A stretch of 64,000 bases of DNA from contig JAIVFI010000001.1 in the NCBI GenBank assembly GCA_025558095.1, positions 930,001 through 994,000 of the forward strand, written 5' to 3'. Within the stretch, counting starts at the first letter, position 1. Each line of letters starts with the position of its first letter. The notes under the pieces were generated by a model. That model did no database searches and was not told the DNA's origin. It was given only the letters and a program-made list of their open reading frames with translations. A program made the position numbers and the translations under genes. The stretch is from Hyaloraphidium curvatum SAG 235-1. Taxonomy: Eukaryota > Fungi > Monoblepharomycota. Positions 59,734 through 64,000 of this stretch are shown one piece after another.

Positions 59734-61339
59734 TCACACGGCCTTCTTCCGGAACGACCACGCGTGCGCGTCCGAGCTCTGGCACCCCGTCACCATCCAG
59801 TCCGCATCGATGTCGCACCTCGTCAGGTTCGAATGGCTGCTCACCCTCATCTCCGCCAGCACCGGCGACCGCCCGCCGGCGCGGCCGAAGAACCGCGGGT
59901 CGAGGATGCGCGCGCAGCCGTCGAAGCCGGCCGTCGCGACGAGGTTCTCCGACCACCGTTTGACGGAGAGGCCAGCGACGGGGCCGCCGAAGACGTCGAC
60001 GGTGTGGACGAGGGGGTTCTCCGCACGGGGATCCCACAGACGGATCGTGCTGCGAATGGGAAAGGATGTCAGCTGGGCGGCGTACGGGCTGCGGCGCGCG
60101 AGCTCACCGATCGACGCTCCCCGACACGAGCAGGTTCCCGTCCTCGATCGGCTTCTCCAGGCACCAGATCCAGTGCTCGTGCCCCTTCATCACCCGCAGC
60201 TTGCGCGGCGACGGCAGCGCGCCGTACACGCGCACGGGGGTGCCGAGGTCAGAGACGTGGATCTCGCCGTCGTTGCCGGACGTGTACATCCGCGACCCGT
60301 CGTATGCGACCGCGTTGACCGCGTACGTCGATGTCAACGAATGAGCGTAGTGCATGGATGGCGAGAGCTGCAGGGGGTTGCGCGTGGCCACCGCCGGGTC
60401 GGGCGGGTCCACGTTGGCGGTCTGGTAGATGTGCGCCGAGCCGTCGAAGGAGCACGTAAAGGCCAGATCGTTGCCGTACCCGCGCGCCGTGACGGCGGGC
60501 GCCATGTGGTGGCCCAGATCGGCGCGCCGGACCATGCGCCAGGCGGTACGGTCCGCGCCAAACTCCTTGATGCGCTGGATGAGGTCCGACTTTTCGAAGC
60601 ACCCGGCCGAAGAGATCCCGCGCCGGGCCAAAATCTCCTTGAGCTCGGCGGCCTTCAGTGCCTCAAGATCCGTCGTGCCGGGCTCGAAAATGTCGATGAT
60701 CTGGGCCCGGCCGGAAAAGGTGCTCGTGAGGAACCTGTTGCCGCCCAGCACGGCGTCGCGCCTGATGTCGAACAGCCCGGCCTCGGAGCCGCCCGAGGAG
60801 TCGCCCTGCGGCGAAAAGGTGGCGACCAGCTCCGTCGTGTCGAGGTTCCAGAGCTTGAGGTGGCCGTCGTCGCCGGCCGAGAGGGCGTGCGGGGCGGTGC
60901 GCGGGCCGGGCTCCACGAGGGCGGCGCCGAACACGCGGCCCTCGTGGCCCAGCGGGCGGTCCCGCGGGCCGGGCAGCGAGGTGGTGACGTGAGGACGCCC
61001 TGACCGCCAGCGACGCTCGACGTCCGCGGCCTCGCGGGCGAGCTCGAGCCAGGGGGCGTCGGGCGGGTTCCGCGGCGCATGGCGGCGGAAGGACGTCGGG
61101 AAGAGGGTCTTGTAGGCGGATCGCCACACGCCGTTGTCGAGGCAGATTGCGTGGAGGTGCCGCGACGTGCGCGACAGCCGCAGAACGTCGGCCGGCGGCA
61201 GCCAGCGGGCCACCCGGAGCAGCAGCTCGCCGGGCAGGGCGGAAAACTCGGGAGGTTCCGGGGCAGAGTTTGTCTCGGCATCTACGGCCTCCCCGGCATT
61301 CCCGGCGTCGGGATCGTGCGCGGATGCCACGGTGCTCAT
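59734..61339 (-). CDS. F-box/WD40 protein with an inserted SAP/HeH-like module, 2 exons
   Basis: FSALPGELLLRVARWL..VLRLSRTSR..DNGVWR (F-box); GH..SAGDDGHLKLWNL; GHEHWIWCL..SGSVDR-TIRLWD; insert LKAAELKEILARRGISSAGCFEKSDLIQRI. Confidence 0.88.
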
Positions 61340-61527
61340 CGCGCGGGGTGGGCGAGCGGCGGCCGGCTCCCGACCGGTGGCTCGACAAGAGAATAAAGCA
61401 CCGAGGACTTTTAGCCCCGGAAAACCAGTTTTCCGCGGCGGAATCGGCCGGGCGTTCGCAGAAGGTAGGTTCAAGCTTTGCCGAAGTCTCAGCTGCCAGA
61501 GGACGTTCGGCGGATCGACCTCCAACG

Positions 61528-62588
61528 ATGGGCGCGTCGCAGGAACCCGTGGCCACGCAGTCCCCGCGGTCGCCGCAAAAGGAGCGCCAGCCGGTCCTCG
61601 TGCGCGGGACAGGAGCGTGGGTGCCGCCCGGTCGCCCTCCGCTCCTTCTCTGAGAGCCTTCCCTCCCCGCTGCGCCCGCCAGGCTGCCGGGAATGGTCCG
61701 TGAATACAAGACCGCCGGCGAGAACATGGAGAGCTTCCTCGACGTGGGCGTCGTTGCGGCCGCGGAGCCCCCCGGGCCTCACCCGCAGCCCTTCCGCGAC
61801 CGCGGTCCCAGAACGCGACCGACAGCGCCGTGTCGCTCGAGGAGAACAACCAGGCGGAAAAGGTCGCCGACCTGAAGCAGCTGGTCAAGAACATCATCGA
61901 TCTGCAGGAGGACTGCAGGATCCGCGCCGAGGTGCTGGCAGGTGGGCTCCCTCCGACTTGGCCCTTCCTTTGTCAGGTTGCCGATGTCGCCTCCCGGCGA
62001 CGCAGAGATCCAGACCCAGATCAGCACCGGCCCCGGCATTGCAGACCCCCGCGCCCTCTTCCTCGAAAAGTACGAGGCCGCCTTCGCCGCGTACCTCGCC
62101 CGCCCGGACCCGGACCGGTTCAAGGGGCGGCAGGCGTACGACGAGTTCCGGCGGCAGGTGTGGGAGGTCCGGCACGAGGGCGAGGTGCTGCCGGACGAGG
62201 GGCAAGTGGACGAGGAGGCGGACTTGATCCAGGGCACGCAGAAGCTGCCGACAAAGTGCCCGCTCACCAAGGTGTGGCTGGAGGACCCGGTGGAGGTGCC
62301 GCGGTGCAAGCACGTGTTTTCCCGGGCGGCCATCATGCAGATGGAGGTGCTGCAAGGGCTCGTGGAGGTGGGTGCTCATCTCATCGACCGGCAGATGGCC
62401 AGCTGACCATGCCTGCCCCAAAGTGCCCTGTGCCGGCCTGCAAAACGCGCTTCAGGAAGACGGACCTGCTGCCCCGGAAGGACATCGTGAAGCACGTCGA
62501 GCGGGAGCGGAGGAAGTTGCAGCAGCGGGCGGAGGACGGCGAGGAGGAGGACGAGGAGGACGACGAGGAGTTTGCGAAATTCCGATAG
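61528..62588 (+). CDS. NSE2: Smc5/6 SUMO E3 ligase Nse2/Mms21 (SP-RING), 5 exons
   Basis: YDEFRRQVWEVRH..EEADLI; KCPLTKVWLEDPVEVPRCKHVFSRAAI..VE-CPVPACK. Confidence 0.87.
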
Positions 62589-62675
62589 CGAGCCCGTTCT
62601 ATACCATTGGATGTACAGACTTCCCTCATGAACTATTCCCGCTGCTTCATTCTTTTACCGTCTTTGACGTAACGT

Positions 62676-63144
62676 CTTGCCGATCTTGCCGTCCTGCCGC
62701 GTCGAAACCCCGACCGTGCACGTGCGGGAGAGCGAGGATTCCAGTGCGAGCCGAAGCCCGCGCCGGTTTCAACGACACTCTCCCCGCCCGAAGGCTCCTC
62801 GGGGCGCCAGGCCGGCGCCCTTACCCCGTGCCGATCGTGGCCCTTGGTCCTTGTCGCCCTGCCACACTGCCGCCTTGAACCCCGATCGTGCACGTGCGGG
62901 AGGGCGAGTATTCCAGCGCGAGCCGAAGCCCGCGCCGGTCTCAACGACACTCTCCCGCCCGAAGGCTCCTCGGGACACCAGGCCCAACAACCCCTCCTCG
63001 CCCTAAGACTCCTCGGGGCGCCAGGCTGGCGACCCTTACCCCGTGCCGATCGTGGCCCTCGCTTCTTGTCGTCCTGCCGCCCTGGCGCCTAGTCGTCCTG
63101 CCGCCCTGGCGCCTTGCCGTCTTGACGCCTTGCCGACTTGCCGT
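62676..63144. repeat. Composite tandem repeat: two ~172-bp units (from 62706 and 62878) interleaved with 8-bp CYTGYCGY minisatellite runs
   Basis: AACCCCGAYCGTGCACGTGCGGGAG...CGAAGGCTCCTCGGG...CCTTACCCCGTGCCGATCGTGGCCCT occurs twice. About ten 8-mers lie at 63065-63144. Confidence 0.85.
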
Positions 63145-64000
63145 GCCTGGGACCTGCGAGGGAACGATGTACAGCGCCGCGCAGGCAGAGGGGACAGGCA
63201 GGCCCGGAGAGCAGTGGCGGACGGCGTCGTCAAACGACCCGCGCGCTTAGTGCTGCACCGAGGTGCTCGGGCTTTGGCCCGTCTCCCGCACCTGCCCGCC
63301 CCCCACCTGCCGGGCAGAAGCCGGCCCCGCAGCCAGCGCCGAAGCGCCGTCCGGAGACCGGCCTCGGAGAACCCGGGCGGATGCGGCCGCCTGGGCACGG
63401 GCTCCGGCAGCACCAAGGCCGCCCTCCGAAGAGTGAGCCCGGCCGGGTCCGCACCGGACCCGGGTCCCCGTTCCCGCTCTGCGCAGCGCCGCCGCCTTGA
63501 TGTCCACCAGCCTTGCTCGAGGAACGGGCCAGCGCGCACTCACCTCGCATGCATCTGCCACCTCTGCACCAGGGAGCTCGTGGGCCGTCGGAGGCTTGGC
63601 CGCGGCTCCGAAGAGACCACCGGCTGCCGCCCCACCACAAGGGTGCTCCCGGGGTTGTACCCCCTCTCTCGCAGCCCGGCGAGCCCCCTGGTCGCCCCGC
63701 GGTACGCCGGCGGCGGAGAGCAGCATGCACCGCCCGCCGGCGCCGGCATTCGGGGGTTGCCGGATGGGTGCGGCAGCTTTGGCGCCGGCTCCGGCCATCC
63801 GGCCTCTCGAGGAGCCGGCGCCGGGGCCGCACCCGCCCGGACCCCCGAACCTGCCTCCCCCGCCCGCGCCGCCGTCCAATCGGGTGTTTCCGATGCAGCG
63901 ACAGCGCGGGCACGCGTGCACCCGGCGCCCCGCGGTCCCGCCGGCCGCCCGATGCCGCCCGCGCGCGAGACGCCGTCCCAAACAATGGGCCGTGCGCGGG

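Noticed and set aside
62676-63144. CRISPR-like array
   Set aside because: The units are tandem and degenerate without unique spacers, there are no cas genes, and the context is eukaryotic.
63230-63985. ORFs of 244-251 aa at the window end
   Set aside because: Low-complexity G/A/R translations in all frames with no recognisable domain; cannot be supported as CDS from this window.
1-64000. Selenoprotein (in-frame TGA plus SECIS) or stop read-through genes
   Set aside because: The in-frame stops I examined were explained by introns or true ends. No UxxC/CxxU motif or TGA-CTA read-through context was recognised, though no SECIS search could be run.

Overview
This window is gene-dense, GC-rich eukaryotic nuclear DNA with many short (about 45-70 nt) spliceosomal introns. 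The gene content (Mhr1/mL67, Mzm1, Csm3, Rgp1, Gds1-like, Mdm1, Pcs60) points to a fungus, probably an early-diverging chytrid-grade lineage; this is inference. I reconstructed about 38 protein-coding genes by hand-splicing. Most are housekeeping genes (U2AF1, RFC1, PUS4, RPL15, MZM1, ATP12, RBM22/SLT11, NBP35, NDUFAF7, EMC7, CSM3, RGP1, bL28m, COQ6, ORC1, VAS1, RRS1, IMP4, mS34, MDM1, PCS60, NSE2), often head-to-head with 67-255 bp between start codons. Most unusual: (1) an accessory island at about 54.9-59.6 kb. It holds a decayed bacterial-type serine hydrolase and a ~1,150-aa secreted chimera that joins Cys-rich GCGG repeats to a bacterial-type beta-helix/choice-of-anchor-Q-like domain. 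(2) An AUG-less presequence-like extension on ValRS. (3) A ~99% identical, intron-containing partial duplicate of RPL15. (4) A long, structured GC-AG intron in MZM1. (5) A small stand-alone SANTA-like protein with PP1-docking-like motifs. (6) An MBL-fold gene broken by a 10-bp tandem duplication. (7) A composite 172-bp/8-bp tandem repeat. No rRNA, tRNA, CRISPR array or transposase was recognised. Exon boundaries and family calls were made by eye, without database searches.
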